Positions 12,904 to 26,582 are shown, numbered from the whole stretch's first letter. The stretch: 63,207 nt of DNA, filler included, from Octopus bimaculoides (GCF_001194135.2; 8 parts of 7 records of this genome joined end to end with filler, not necessarily neighbours in it), one strand, 5' to 3'. The notes: a model not told the origin generated them from the sequence alone. Program-made: numbers and translations.

Positions 12904-13315
12904 GGCGCAGGAGTAGCTGTTTGGTAAGTAGCTTGCTTACGAACCACATGATTCCGGGTTCAGTCCCACTGCGTTGCACCTTGGGCAAGTGTCTTCTACT
13001 ATAGCCTCGGGCCGACCAAAGCCTTGTGAGTGGATTTGGTAGACTGAAACCGGAAGAAGCCCGTCGTATATATGTATATATATATGTGTGTTTGTGTGTC
13101 TGTGTTTGTCCCCCTCAACATCGCTTGACAACCGATGCTGGTGTGTTTACGTCCCCGTAACTTAGCGGTTCGGCTAGAGAGACCGATAGAATAAGTACTA
13201 GGCTTACAAAGAATAAGTCCTGGGGTCGATTTGCTCGACTAAAGGCGGTGCTCCAGCATGGCCGCAGTCAAATGATTGAAACAAGTAAAAGAGTAAAAGA
13301 GTAAAAAAGTAAAAG
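12904..13315 (+). mobile_element. Full-length tRNA-derived SINE family B (about 410 bp)
   Basis: tRNA-like head (gctgtttggtaag ... ggttcagtccc), CORE-like ccttgggcaagtgtctt, central microsatellite and LINE-like tail ggcggtgctccagcatggccgcagtc...gaaacaagtaaaag. Many partial copies occur in the window. Confidence 0.88.
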
Positions 13316-14581
13316 TCGAAACTGGCTAAACAATAGTGAGTCACTTGCCGGCGTTTAAACAATTTGGAGGACGTACTGGATAATCTAACCTGAGATTAAC
13401 TATGTCTAAAAAGACGAGGTGGTTAAGGTTAAAACGTTATTGAGCCTAGATCTGCTAGATCAGGACTATATGGTCGTAGCCCTCCATTTTGCATACTTAC
13501 GACTGCTTTGTCTTATCTGTCTTTCTCGCTTTCATGAATCTTGAGGCCCCTTGATGGCTGGCCAGTCTAGACAAAGGCGTCATACAAATAGGGATCTTTG
13601 TTAATATAGCACTGAGTTCTCTGTACAGGAAAAATGTGGATAGCTAAAACTGGAAAACTTTGATTATAAGTCTGTTCGATTGGGATTGACCTGGAACTAA
13701 ACAATAACAGCTACAATAGCGATATCATTAGTAGAGTTCAAGCTATCAAATGATCCCTTACCCGGTTGCTCAACCTGGTAGAAATAGCAACCTAATCTCC
13801 TGCAAATATACCACCACCACCACCGTTATAAAAAGGTATAAAACAAAAAAAAAAGGATATATTAGATAATGTGACTCGCTGTGAAAATAAAATAAAATGA
13901 ATACATATGCTAGAGCACCTCTGATCACATATTCTCTAAATCAGAACTAAACTGGGAATAAACAAGAAGGAAGAAGAAGAAGAAGAAGAAGAAGAAGAAG
14001 AAGAAGAAGAAGAAGAAGAAGAAGAAGAAGAAGAAGAAGAAGAAGAAGAAGAAGAAGNNNNNNNNNNNNNNNNNNNNNNNNNNNNNNNNNNNNNNNNNNN
14101 NTTAATTAATTAANNNNNNNNNNNNNNNNNNNNNNNNNNNNNNNNNNNNNNNNNNNNATATATATATATATATGACTGTGTATATGTATATGTACATATA
14201 TATTTGTATATATACATATATATAAGCATGTATGGATGTATCTATGTATATGCGTTTTGTGTATGTGTGAGTGTATGTGTGTATATGCATATGCTATTGA
14301 TAGCAATTGGTACTGGTAAATTGGAAAGAAGTTGAATGGAATTGAAATGGAGGTTGCCACCAGTATACCGGAATGTTGCGTAAGATACATTGTGTTTTCT
14401 TTTGATGCAGTTAAATTATTTCAGTAACATTTAATAAAAATTTCAAATAGTACCCATAATTTTGCTGCATTTGCAGAGAGCGGTGACACTGTAATTTTGT
14501 CCCAGGTCAAGTTTGATCCATGCATAATTATGTTGCGTGATATTCAAGACTTAGATATTACGTATATATATATATATATAT

Positions 14582-14940
14582 TTAATTTATTTATTTATGG
14601 GTTTCAGCCAAGTGGCTGTGGTCATGTTGGAGCACCACCGTGATTTTCTGTCTTTATGCTTTGCTCTCTTCACGTTCCTTGCATGGCTCTTCTCCTGCAC
14701 CTGATATAGTCCAATCAAGAGTTTTGATGGCACATCTGGTGTATAAGAGAATTTGACATCGCTGCCCTAAACTGTGTCTCATTTCGAGCCATTGGTTTGT
14801 CTGGTATCGTGGAGAGGAAAGCGTCAAGTTTTGTCTTGAAGACCTCCACATCCGTGTCTTGCAGGTCTCTCAAATGTTTTGCCAGGGCATTGAAGAGATG
14901 AGGTCCTCTGAAACCGAGGCTGCTGTAGTATCTTGTATAT
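14582..14940 (-). mobile_element. 3' end of an APE-type LINE (CR1/L2/I-group, clade unresolved)
   Basis: Minus-strand TRYYSSLGFRGPHLFNALAKHLRDLQDTDVEVFKTKLDAFLSTIPDKPMARNETQFRAAMSNSLIHQ, typical of a post-RT C-terminus, then a 3' UTR and an (AAAT)n-like tail. Confidence 0.8.
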
Positions 14941-15005
14941 TCATGTGTGTGTGTACGTATATATATGTATATAGGCACCTACGCTCTTTATATATGTGCA
15001 TATGC

Positions 15006-15050
<45 letters not shown>

Positions 15051-15322
15051 TATATATTCGTTTTGCAAGATTCTTGATGTGAATTCGTGTCTTTAAACAG
15101 ATATTGTTGTATTTGGGGATGGTGATGTTGCCAGTATAGCCAATGAAAACACACGCACTATATATTTGGTGTTCACTTGCTTCATCTTTATTTATTGTAT
15201 TTCGGCGAGATTTCTTTCGTCACACTTCTGTGACCTCATCAGTGGTCCTTTGCTTTCTTCTTTCTTTTTTGCGTGCCTTTCCTAACTAATGATCAGCCCT
15301 TTTGTATTCCTATTCTATGTGT

Positions 15323-15393
<71 letters not shown>

Positions 15394-15399
15394 CACGAG

Positions 15400-15570
15400 A
15401 CGTGGCTGTGTGGTAGTAAGCTTGCTTCCCAATCACATGGTTCCGAATTCAGTTACACCGCGTGGCACATTGGGCAAGTGTCTTCTACTAAAGCTTCGAG
15501 CCCACCATATACTTGTGAGTGGTGAGTGGATTTGGTAGACGGAGACTGAAAGATGCCTGTCGAATATTTG
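15400..15570 (+). mobile_element. SINE family B, 5' half
   Basis: gtggctgtgtggtag...ggcacattgggcaagtgtcttctact...gtggatttggtagacgg. Confidence 0.8.
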
Positions 15571-16121
15571 TGTGATTATATATATATATATATGTATTTA
15601 TAAGTATATCTATCTATACATGTGTGTGTATACGATATACCCACGAGTGAGTGTGTGTGAGCGTGCTGGTGTGTGTGTGCGCAGATGTGTGTATGCGAAG
15701 CAATCGCTTGCAAATTATCTAACGCAAAATGACATTTGACCATTCATCAGAACGGGAAGAAAGGTTTGAATACAAGTTCAAAATATCTAGTTATTGTCAA
15801 GTTTACTGAGTTATTTCTCAATAGAACAGCAGTAGAAATGCTCGTACACAGTGTTCTCCAAGCATTTCCCACAAGTGCCAGAACAGAATGTGAACATCTT
15901 ACACCATACCTCCAGAGAATGTCGTTACTCAGTACAAACTCTATCATCATAAAAACAATAAAATATTTGTTGAAAATTCCCAGAATGTTTGATTAGATTT
16001 CTGCTTCCTTGGAGAACCATAGGAACCAAAAATTCGAATTTATTTGAAGCTTCTCTCCTGAAGAGTTATTTAGTTTCTTTCACACTGTTCATGACTTGTA
16101 AGAAATACATTTATCTTGTAG

Positions 16122-16194
16122 GAGACTGTCCGGTAAATTATATTCATAGCAATGGGAGCTGAAATGTTAAATGTTACAAACACAGAAATGCAAG
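16122..16194 (+). CDS. Candidate exon of an unidentified plus-strand gene (ATG at 16152, MGAEMLNVTNTEMQ)
   Basis: atttatcttgtag|GAGACTG...ATGCAAG|gtatgt, with an in-frame TAA upstream of the ATG. Ends in phase 1, matching the only open phase of the 21231 exon. No homology recognised. Confidence 0.35.
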
Positions 16195-16519
16195 GTATGT
16201 TTGTTGTTGATCTTTTCTGTAGATATTTCACTTTTGTTGTGTGTTATCATGATGTTGTAGGCTTTCGCATGTGACTGTACATGTATGAGTGTCTGCATAT
16301 ATGACTATGAGACTATGTATGTGCTTGTGACTTAAATATAATAATTATGTGAAAAAGAATTGTTAGGACGTGCGTATAAATATGTCACGTATGTGTGAAA
16401 AGATTCAAAATGATGTGGTAATCGTGTGTATGTATCTCTCTAAATTTCTTCCTTTTTCTGTGTATATCTATGCGTGTTCATACACAAACATAAACTTACA
16501 CACATATACATTTATACAT

Positions 16520-16564
<45 letters not shown>

Positions 16565-17159
16565 CGTGTGTGCGTGTGTGTGGGTGTGTGTGTGTGTGTA
16601 TGTGTGTGTGTGTGTGTAAATACATTAAGTTAGAATGATTGTCGATGCTATACTTTGAAGCAAACTAGCCTACAGATTTAGATAAATCTTATATGAAATC
16701 TTACTTACAACGTGAAAAAAAATGCATACATATCAATTAATTCACTTATTAGTATATTATACTCATTTGAGAAAACACGCTGGCCCAATAGTAATAATTG
16801 AATCTTCAAAACTAACTTATTTATAAGCTTCAAAGTCAAAATCATATCATAGCGCATAAAGCTTCCTGAGGACCAAATTAAAGACATCGATAATCTATGC
16901 CGGATAAACCGAACTTAATAGGTATTCTCAGCCCTAACACAAAGCACACAGGTATATGTGTGAGGGGTGTATTCCACTTCTCTAATTCCGGAGTTATTCT
17001 TCCTCAAAATAGTTATTCAAATAATATAGCTAAACTATTACACTTACAAGTTCAGTGAAAGCCATACGCCGTGCTCACAATCATGAGGTAGTGTGTATCT
17101 GTGCATGTATATATGTGCATATATATATATATATAAACTCTCGACTCTGTCGATCACGA

Positions 17160-17430
17160 ATGACCATAGGTTCACTTAAGAGGTTGCCCTCCAGGATAAA
17201 AGTGTGGGCGGAAAATCGCCTCACCGGTGAATGCACAACGTAGGGTTGTTTTTATGGAAAACCAGCAGTCGCCCGTGTATACTAGCCACCGATGTTATCC
17301 AAGGGAAAGGCAAAGGCCGATACAGCTTGGCACCAGTGATGTCACAACTTATTTCTGCAGCTGAGTAAACTGGAGCAACGTGAAATAAAGTGTCCTGCTC
17401 AAGAATACAACACGCAGCCGATCCGGGAAT
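17160..17430 (-). mobile_element. CORE-type SINE family C
   Basis: Reverse complement of the 49291 copy (cttgagcagGACACtttatttcacgttgctccagtttactcagctgcag; tggtgccaagctgtatcggcc). Confidence 0.75.
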
Positions 17431-17590
17431 ATATATAGTTGAAATTTAGAGAAAAACAAAAGATGAAGACAGGTGCATAAACACCATGCAGGTGTATTAG
17501 TTTGACGCTCGGGAAGGTGAGAAAGTCTTTTATGTTTCAAGCCTAAGCTCTTCAACAGAAAGGAACACGTGGAGATAAACAGAGTGAGTA
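17430..17590 (-). mobile_element. Penelope-type terminal repeat with decayed hammerhead (17527-17562)
   Basis: Minus strand CUUU-CUGUUGA-A-GAGC-UUAG-GCUU-GAAACAUA-AAAG. Homologous to 52860-53010. Confidence 0.6.
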
Positions 17591-17617
17591 AGTGTGTGGG
17601 GGTGTGGGGGTGTTATG

Positions 17618-17649
<32 letters not shown>

Positions 17650-17663
<14 letters not shown>

Positions 17664-17760
17664 TGACGGGCTTCTTTCTGCTTGTCTTCCAAATCCAGAT
17701 GCAAGCCTTTGTTGTGCCCAAGGCTATAATAGAAGATATCTACCCAAGGTGCTGCCACGC
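17650..17760 (-). mobile_element. SINE family B fragment
   Basis: gacgggcttctttc...ccaaatcca...caagcctttg...aggctataatagaaga. Confidence 0.7.
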
Positions 17761-18989
17761 CCGCACTTATACTGTATATAGTTTGAATATGCTATAAATA
17801 GCCTTCTCTCATTTTTTTCCAGACAACATTTTCTATAGCTCTTCGTTTTCAGTGACGACATTAAACACCCTTCTTAGCATAGCTTACAAGTATACGTCTA
17901 CTACATATGTTTACTTGCCAAAGTATGACGAGAGCCAGTCATATGTAGCCAAATCACTATTTAATTGAATTTGAATGTCACTTACATATACTTTTCTTGT
18001 ACTCGTGTTGTCTCATTGCTGTAAGTCTCCACATGTCCGAAAAATATCCAAAAATATTGCTAAATATAATTAAAAAATCGGAAACGAAATTTATGTTCTC
18101 ATTAAGTAGTTGCTAAGGACGATGTATCCTACAAAAGTAAATGTTTTTGAGATTACATTTTTGACAACCGTAAGTCAAAGAGTTTGCATGCGAAACAAAG
18201 GGTTTTATAATATGATACCCAAAATGTTTGTTATTCAGTTTGGATCGATAATCTTGATTTTAGAATATCAGTGTATAATGTTGGCATTACTAATATTTGA
18301 AAAACCACATAATATTGCATTTTAAATGCTTACGCATTAGTGTATTAAAATTCAGAATGTAAATAGATTTATCTTTATGCTGCAAGGACGTTTTGTGAAT
18401 CTATATATTTGAACCAATCAGCATTCATGAAATATCTTGGTATTTAAAAAATGAAAATCCAAATCTTGATAAAATCCATTGAAAATGCTAACTGTAAACA
18501 ACAAGGGAATAATATAATTCGTACACAAAACTTCTCTTCGGCTCCCAACAATGTCAGACATACAAACCAAATAGCTAAGCATTCCTCAAATCACAATTCC
18601 CTACAATACACAGTGACACTCTAAGTTCACCAAAAAGTCAATGTTTTTTTCTTTTTTGGAAGTAACACAGTAGCACCTAAAATATTAACTGAAATTTGTA
18701 TTAAATTTAGTTACATCATATGATATTTCTCTAACACTTGCAAAGTGAGATAATAGCAATAGAAGTGTATCCACTGCATGGTAAGTACGTCACATAGAAA
18801 ACAATACCATTTCCTTAACTATTTGAAATCAACAATGAATCTACCACGGAAGGAATGTAACCGTTCAATTGTTGGGTAATTCATTTAACAGAAATTTAGC
18901 TCATGGCAGAAATATGAGATGCCATGTTTGGAAGGAAACTTTGGAAAACGAAGAAAAAATCTCCAACGCTGGGAAAAAAGCAATGGTTT

Positions 18990-19905
18990 ATTCCAAAGAT
19001 ATGAATCAACCTTTTAAAAAGAATTCAGTACAGATAATCCATTTCTGAAGAAAAATAAACTATAAATAGCAAACAAAAACTGAACAACGAACAAACCACC
19101 ACTTTTTAACCACCCAAAACTAAACAGCGAACAAGCTTTTATAATATAGATTACACGATATCTAAAGACCACCCATATACGAAGAACAGGACACATCCAC
19201 AACGTCCTAAGACCAGGCATAACCACCCCATAACGATACAAAATAACACTAGGATAAGAAGCACACCACATACTAGGTACTACTACCCCAGGAACATCAC
19301 AAAATAGTACTAAGTCAAGAAACACCCCGCATACAAGAAATTTCAAACAAAAATATGCCACATATAGAAATGTTACACACTTCACTAACCAAAACACCCA
19401 TAGACACTCACACACACATAACAATCTAAGGCAACAGTGCCACCACTACCCCGGACCAATCTCATACAACCTCATAGACAGCTCATAAAAATGAAACTGC
19501 AACCAACATTTCTTAGCCCCCAGACCAGACACCAGGACACGGGTTGGAATCTGGTGATCAGGAAAAACCGAAGACAATTAACCTCTCAACTAAACCTCTT
19601 TCAAGCACAAAGATAGACATCCTCTCAAAAGGGTTTAAATTTTCCCCAACACAACGCAGAGTCAACCAATATGAAGTGAAGGACAGTATAATAGAATTCT
19701 GTAGAAAATTAAAACTCACAGAAGCATTAACCAATTACTATACTGAAAAACTATAAATAACAAACTATAAATAACAAACAAAAACCTGAACAACGAACAA
19801 ACCACCCCCACTTTTGACTCAGTAGTCAAAAATAAAAGTGAACACATCCCCCACAAAGGAAGAAATAAAAATCTAATATATATTGTGATAGATATTTCAT
19901 AAGGG
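18990..19905 (+). mobile_element. Penelope-like element, N-terminal ORF remnant
   Basis: TINLSTKPLSSTKIDILSKGFKFSPTQRRVNQYEVKDSIIEFCRKLKLTEAL and SVVKNKSEHIPHKGRNKNL match the pre-RT NLS..L....LL.KGL.F.PT pattern of PLE ORFs. A block of about 55 bp is duplicated (near 19050 and near 19760). Confidence 0.75.
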
Positions 19906-20254
19906 TGTTAAAAAAGACTTTCTGTCATAAAAATAAGACCTTCTCTCTGTTTTAACGCGCAACCTGGAATCGAAGTCACTTGTATAAATGATATATTTGT
20001 GTCTATTAGGATTCTGTGTATTAAGAGTGTACATGTGCAATGAATGAGTAATTTTTATGAGTTCTGTTTTAAGGGCAAGCGTGTACTGAGCTATGCCTAG
20101 AGATGATATTTCGTTAGTGTAATGTAAATGATGATCTTGACATACTCGTACCAAGTGTATGCAGGCATGTTTGAGCGGTAGGAGCAGTAATTTACAATGG
20201 TAGAATGCACATGCTGACACATACACACACACCCACACGTATACACATAAAATG

Positions 20255-20520
20255 CTAATCTTTTCAGTCATAGAGTGTTTTGGTGTGCGATAATTATTTG
20301 CTCTACTTGCCGTTTTGGTGTCCTCTTGCTTGAGCCATCACGCCACTTTTCCTCTCATTCTTGCTTTTTCCCCACGATATCCAGGTCCTCTCTAATCTAT
20401 CGTTCAGCATGATACATCCCAAACGAAGATTCTATGTGATCTATAGATGTCTTTCCAAATCATAGCCTTGTTATCACATCGATCATCTCTCTTATTGCCT
20501 TCCTGGACACTAATCTCTAA
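20255..20520 (-). mobile_element. Highly decayed LINE RT fragment (RTE-like)
   Basis: Minus-strand remnant resembles the RT domain 3 region. Many stops; assignment by eye only. Confidence 0.3.
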
Positions 20521-20606
20521 CTTATTACTGAAATTCAACGTAACATCGAATTAATTGTGTTGTTTGTTTTGTTCTTTGAAATCTTGACTATAGAGCGAGT
20601 GGCAGC

Positions 20607-20676
<70 letters not shown>

Positions 20677-21230
20677 CTTACGTGCCATAAATGCATAGAC
20701 ATTTATACACACACAAGGCCACCCTATTTGGTTGTGGTTACATTACGCCGAACATGTCTTGTTTCGGAACTAGAAATTAACTCATTCTCAGTTGCTGAAA
20801 AATTCGAAAACTTTAACATACATTGGCACATTAGTGTACAAAATCGAATGATGACCATAAAGTGTTATGATAGTTTGGCGTAAGTATACGATATAAATAA
20901 TATTTTATGCTGAAATTACTTCGATTATCACTGAAATTCATATTTCACCAATTTACCATGATTTTTTAATACACCACAACATGCCAAAGGTTATAATCAG
21001 GATAGAGAAAGCTGTGATCTTTGTATCTCAGAGGAAATGATATATTTTTTCATATAATTTCCACTTGAGAATTGATATCTACTTACCACCAGAAATAAAG
21101 TAATTTAAAATAAATAATGCATCGCAAATGAGCAAACGTATTGTACATTAATCCGGGATCTAAGGGAATTAAACATATTTCTTTTTTTATTTATCATAAA
21201 ATATCAATTACTTTAATCTTCATCTTTTAG

Positions 21231-21285
21231 AAGAGTTATCTGTATCATCAGAGTTACCCTTGTGGATTTCTGTAATGCGCTCTAG
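21231..21285 (+). CDS. Candidate exon of the same plus-strand gene ((E)ELSVSSELPLWISVMRS)
   Basis: ctttaatcttcatcttttag|AAGAG...CTCTAG|gtatgt. 55 nt; only the phase-1 entry frame is stop-free; exits in phase 2. Confidence 0.35.
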
Positions 21286-21477
21286 GTATGTCAAAAGGTT
21301 TCACGTTGTTAACGTCCATTTACGAATATTTTAACCTATTATTCTGTTTATCAATGCACAGTTTTATTCAATAGTTTTTCTTGAAATTTTTAAAACGATA
21401 AAATTGTAGTTTCAATCCACGGAATTTCAGATTAAAATAATATTTATATGGGCATATATGTGAATATAAATAAACAT

Positions 21478-21556
<79 letters not shown>

Positions 21557-21725
21557 AACACACACACATACACGCACGCACATCTATATGTAGGTGTATA
21601 CGGTATACATGTTATACGTGTACATATATGTACATGCATAGATATATACATAGATATACATGTCCATATTTATATAAATATACATATGCGTATATATATA
21701 TATGTGTGTGTGTGTTTGTGTGTGC

Positions 21726-21758
<33 letters not shown>

Positions 21759-22479
21759 CATGTATGTATGGATGGATGGATGGATGGATGGATGGATGGA
21801 TTGATGTACATATACTTATAAAGTATTAAATGCACATAGATATGTATGTGTGAGTTTGTGTGTGTGTTTATGTGTGCGTGTTTGCATACAAACACACACA
21901 AATAAATTCTTGATTCCTTTCATGGGAATAGAGTTTATACCTACTGAATTAATTACTCAATTATATACAGTAAATGAAAACGTTTTATGAGAACGGTGAA
22001 TCTAACGCAGCCATGTTACTTCTTTTCCAGAGTTTTTCGTGGATTGGAGAAGTGTATTACTTAGGCTAATTGTATATGCGTTTGCGGAAGGACCGTATAT
22101 ATCTATTAGAACATATATTAGAATGTGAACGATAAATAAATATATATGTGATGGAAATGCCGTAGGGAGCAATGGTGATTGTATAGAGTGAAATATAAAA
22201 TGGAAATATAAATGTAGATTTAAATGTAAAAGATAATATGTGATATAAATTTATATATAATTTATATAAATGGATAAACATTTATCCATTTATCTCTCCG
22301 TTATTTACATTTTATTTTCTGTTACGCTATTTTCTTATATTTTGGTCGTCACCATCATCCTCCTCCTCCTCCTCATCATCATCTTTAACAGTATCATTAT
22401 TACAGTTATCATTATTATCATTACTATATCTAATAAGCAAATCTTCCCTCTTAATCATAAGAATATCAGAATTTGTTTG

Positions 22480-22950
22480 TTTTTTTTTATTTTAAACGTA
22501 ACCTGAAAATTATCAATATTTGCACCACGAACATGAAAAATATAATGTCGTACACATCTAACAACAAGACAAAAGATAAATCATACATCAAAATAAATAA
22601 ATGCCCAATAGAAAAAAATCGTATAATGCAGAAGCAATAATTTATAAAGCAGCTGCCATCTCTACAAAGCACAAAAACAACAACTCATAAAAGTGAGATC
22701 GGCATAGAAGAAGGGAAATTTGAGAAAATATTTTATCCTTGAATATCCTCATTTATCTATGCGCATGAAAAGAACACTAAAAATGGACGGATTCTGCAGA
22801 AAATCGAAAAAACATATCCTCAACCTGCAGTATCGAATGAAAATTTTTACAAATATCGACACAGTACAAATTTCATAGGCAAAATCTCAATTGCAAGACT
22901 AAATCACAAACATCTTGAAATACGGACACTTTGAAAACCATTTAATACGA
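22480..22950 (+). mobile_element. Decayed Penelope GIY-YIG endonuclease region
   Basis: KDKSYIKINKCPIE..KSYNAEAIIYKAA...IGIEEGKFEKIFY resembles the PLE CPL....C....VIY.A...YIG.TE..FK.R motif. Confidence 0.5.
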
Positions 22951-23712
22951 TATTAGAAGCGTCTCCTTCATGTGTTGTGAACTGTATATATGCACAAGTA
23001 CATGCCTCTGTTTCGGCTTAGAATACCATAGGTATTTATTCCTGGAGCTGTACGCCTATAACTCTCTTGCATTTTCCTTCTTAAAGCCAGCTTTCTCATT
23101 CCCTATGTTATGTGTAGATTGTGGTTAATTTCCTTGAAGCAAAATTAAATTTATAATCAATCTCAGTTCTTGACAAATATGTATTGTATTTCCAACGCCA
23201 CAATATACATATAAGGAGAAATAGCTCACTCATTCTATGGGTGATCATACCACTTGAGTAAAATAGAGATATGTGAAAATATTTCATATTTCTAATAATT
23301 TTAGAAGTATGACTGAGCAGGGATTGAAAACAAAACAATTGGTAATCTGTGGTATCACCGAGGTGGTTGAAAGCGCTTGATCAGATTTAAGAGACTTTGC
23401 CTGTACCCTCCAAAGCACTAATCTCACTAGATCCTGTTTTTCTATCTTTGATACCATTCTATATTTCAAGTTTGCCTACGCACAGTCACACGAATATGTC
23501 ACCAGGCACTTGAAACAGTCTAGTTGTTTTGATCCTGTAGACTATAGATAAATTACATCATTTACAATACCAGTACATTACGTTGCATATCAGTAACAAT
23601 CATTACATATTTATATATTATTTAGATTTTTATAAAGAAAGCGACAATGTACGAGCGTCTGTGTGCGTAATATGCGTGTGTGTATGTGTGTGTGCGTATA
23701 GATGTATCTATG

Positions 23713-23796
<84 letters not shown>

Positions 23797-23843
23797 CATA
23801 GATACATCTATACGCACACACACATACACACACGCATATTACG

Positions 23844-23879
<36 letters not shown>

Positions 23880-23883
<4 letters not shown>

Positions 23884-24900
23884 GAAAGAAAAAACCATGA
23901 CGGTAATGGAGTTAGTTATAAAAAAAACCATGCCCGTGAAACTACAGCCGAAGTTAGAAAGAATCGCACCGTTAAATACCAATTGCTGTAATAATGACAA
24001 CAGACCAATGAAATATCCGAAGAAACCTAATTAATATATTAAAAGAAATTGAAAAAAAAAGAACGATTGAATTATTTGTTTTAAACCGATTTTTAATTCA
24101 CAAATAAAATCCAAAATAGGCCAGGAGTTTTTTGCAGCATTACTTTCCAAAATCTTCCAAATATCACAAAGTCATAAACAGACACGGAGAAAGATTAGCA
24201 TACACGACCTCCCATAATCTAGAGTACCATATACGCAAGCTACATAACTGAAAAATTAATAGCATAAAACCAGATGCGATATATGAACCACCCACGGTTT
24301 ACAGAACCGTATACAACGATAGAATGGAGGAAAATACTGGAAGTAAAAACTCGCCAATAGCAAAAGCAGACCCAAACAGCATAACATAATTAGAAGTACA
24401 ATACACACAAGGAAAATGAGTGTATGATTACAAAAGGAAGAAGAAAGTATGGCACCGATAGTAACCCCAAAGAAAAAAAGAAAAGAAATAGTGTCATGTG
24501 TAACGTCAGACGTAAAGACAAATGCAGTTTTTACAACAACTGCATAATACGGAATGTAGAGTACAAATGTGAGGTGAAGGCAAATACGCAGAAATATATG
24601 TACATTGCTTGTACTTGCAGACACAATGAAAAGTCTTCTGAGAAGCCATCTCTCATCGTACTCCAATATAAATAAAAGACACTCCACATATCTGTCGAAC
24701 CTCGTCTGGAGGCTAAATCACAATGGAGCAGAATGCACAACCCACTGGTCCATTATAAAAAATGCCGTACCATATAACGGGACTTGACGAGTATGCAACA
24801 TATGCCTTGAAGAAACACTGGAAATATTCACATCCAGGAAAAACGTGATAGACACTCTGAGATGGTCATATCATGTAAGCATAGGAACAAAATATCATTC
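23880..24900 (+). mobile_element. Decayed Penelope-like ORF C-terminal region
   Basis: F.PIFNSQIKSKIGQEFFAALL resembles PLE WFNPP.S..VKT.IG..FL. The A-rich coding-strand bias is typical. Confidence 0.5.
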
Positions 24901-25516
24901 ATGGAATTTGAAAAAAAAAAGAAAAACATTTTGGAAAGTAAATTATAGAATAGTGAAAGAACCCAAACAAATAAACGAAAATACCAATGTTTAAGATGAT
25001 ACACACTATAACAACGGAAACAGAGGAAAAGTCACCATAAGAGCGGTGGTATCAATCAATTCGGTCAACAAACACCACTGTATAGCAACTGACCACCTGT
25101 TGGCTTCAGAATTTATTGAAAAGAGTCACGTCTTGAATGAAATAGAGCAATGAAATGTACCAACATCTTTAAATCTACTGAATGAATGACCATTCTTTAA
25201 TTCTGCAGAATGAATAGCAAATAAATCTAACACCACCACACACACCTCCATATTACTACCATTCCTCCCTCTACTCCCAATACCAACCTTTCCTTACCAA
25301 GTACACACAGAAATACCTACATACCTAGATTGGCCTTCATACTGAAAAGAAGGGTTAGACATCCGTCTGTGATTCATTCAATAATGCAGTATCGGCTGTA
25401 AAAATGGATCAATGAGGATGATCAACCGGAAGCTCACGGGTAATACGTACTATACTGTACTAATCCCAAGGATACCGACTCTGCTGTTAAAAATCATGTG
25501 ATTTGCGGAAACGCGC

Positions 25517-25569
<53 letters not shown>

Positions 25570-26310
25570 GTTCTCCAAGAAGTTATTTAGCATTGGAAAT
25601 AGAAAACTTCCACAGGATCCAGAAGATAGTCGGCACCACCTCCCATGTGGCAATATGACTACCTCCCATGAAGAACTGGTGAGCAAGGTCTTTACAAACA
25701 TTGCCACAAACTACAAAAGTTACGAATGATGCTATAGAGAAGCTAAATCCAAATTGATTGTCTCAGCTTCCAGGAACTGAATATTGATACAGATCAACTA
25801 ACTCTGTCTCTGGTAAAGAATAGGCAACGCATTACCCATTTGAGTTCTTCAATTCACTTCAACCATCAGGATTTCCACCACACATTCTGATCATGTAAAC
25901 AGGTGCTCCCATAATGTTGTTAGGAAACATTGATGCACCCAAACTCTTCAAAGGAAGAAGGTTGGTTTTTAAAGCAGCGAAGCCCCATGTGTTGGAAGCA
26001 ACAATAATTACAGGCAACATGACGTGTGAGAATTTCTTCATTCCAAAGATCTCTCTCATGTCAAATTATCTCCCCCTTCAGTTCAAGAGACTGCAGTTTC
26101 CTGTCAAACTGAACTTTGCAATGCCTATCAACAAAGCACAAGGTCAATCTCTAAAGGTGGTGAGACTCAACCTCCTTCAAGCATGCTTCTCACATAATCA
26201 GCTGTATGTTGGATGTTCCAGAGTTGAAGATGAAAAAACCCTCTATATTCTCAGTGATTAACATTGCAAGACAGAAAACTTAGTATATGAAGAAACACTT
26301 ACATGAATAG
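25570..26310 (+). mobile_element. Helitron Rep/Hel remnant (PIF1-family helicase C-terminus)
   Basis: YPFEFFNSLQPSGFPPH, then MLLGNIDAPKLFKGRRL...FIPKISLMSNYLPLQFKRLQFPVKLNFAMPINKAQGQSLKVVRLNLLQACFSHNQLYVGCSRV: the Helitron helicase motifs PP.L.LK, FAMTINKSQGQ and SHGQLYVA.SRV. Confidence 0.9.
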
Positions 26311-26544
26311 TATGCGCATGTAATGTACAGAAGGGTAGATATTTAAACAGGGGCGCTCACTTGCACGCAGCATATGAAAAACGAGTGAATACTGAATATA
26401 TTAGTATATTTATTTGTATGAAATTGGTACTTCACTTGGCTGCCAATCATTGTCTCACTCGATGCTCGATTCCATTAATAAAGCGAAAACAGTAAAAAAT
26501 TGTTGCTTAAAGTATGGTATAGGGTGATAAGTCTCAGGAAAAGA

Positions 26545-26582
<38 letters not shown>

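Noticed and set aside
15200-15250. CUGAUGA-stem-GAAA on the minus strand
   Set aside because: Core and stem II are present but the flanks cannot form stem I. At best a decayed hammerhead.
15747-15996. Overlapping non-repetitive ORFs on both strands (67 and 86 aa)
   Set aside because: No recognisable motif and no convincing pair of splice sites. Length is compatible with chance.
16707-16866. Open minus-strand segment with AG and GTAAGT boundaries
   Set aside because: Very AT-rich, no homology, weak donor context and no phase-compatible partner exon found.
23662-23847. Perfect palindrome centred on a long (TA)n tract (identical ORFs on both strands)
   Set aside because: Zero mismatches around a self-complementary repeat suggests the assembler turned back on the opposite strand. 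Long reads would be needed to accept it.
25914-26261. PIF1-like helicase ORF as a host gene
   Set aside because: Intronless, flanked by stops and frameshifts, and matches Helitron-specific motifs. A second fragment occurs at 61110-61325.
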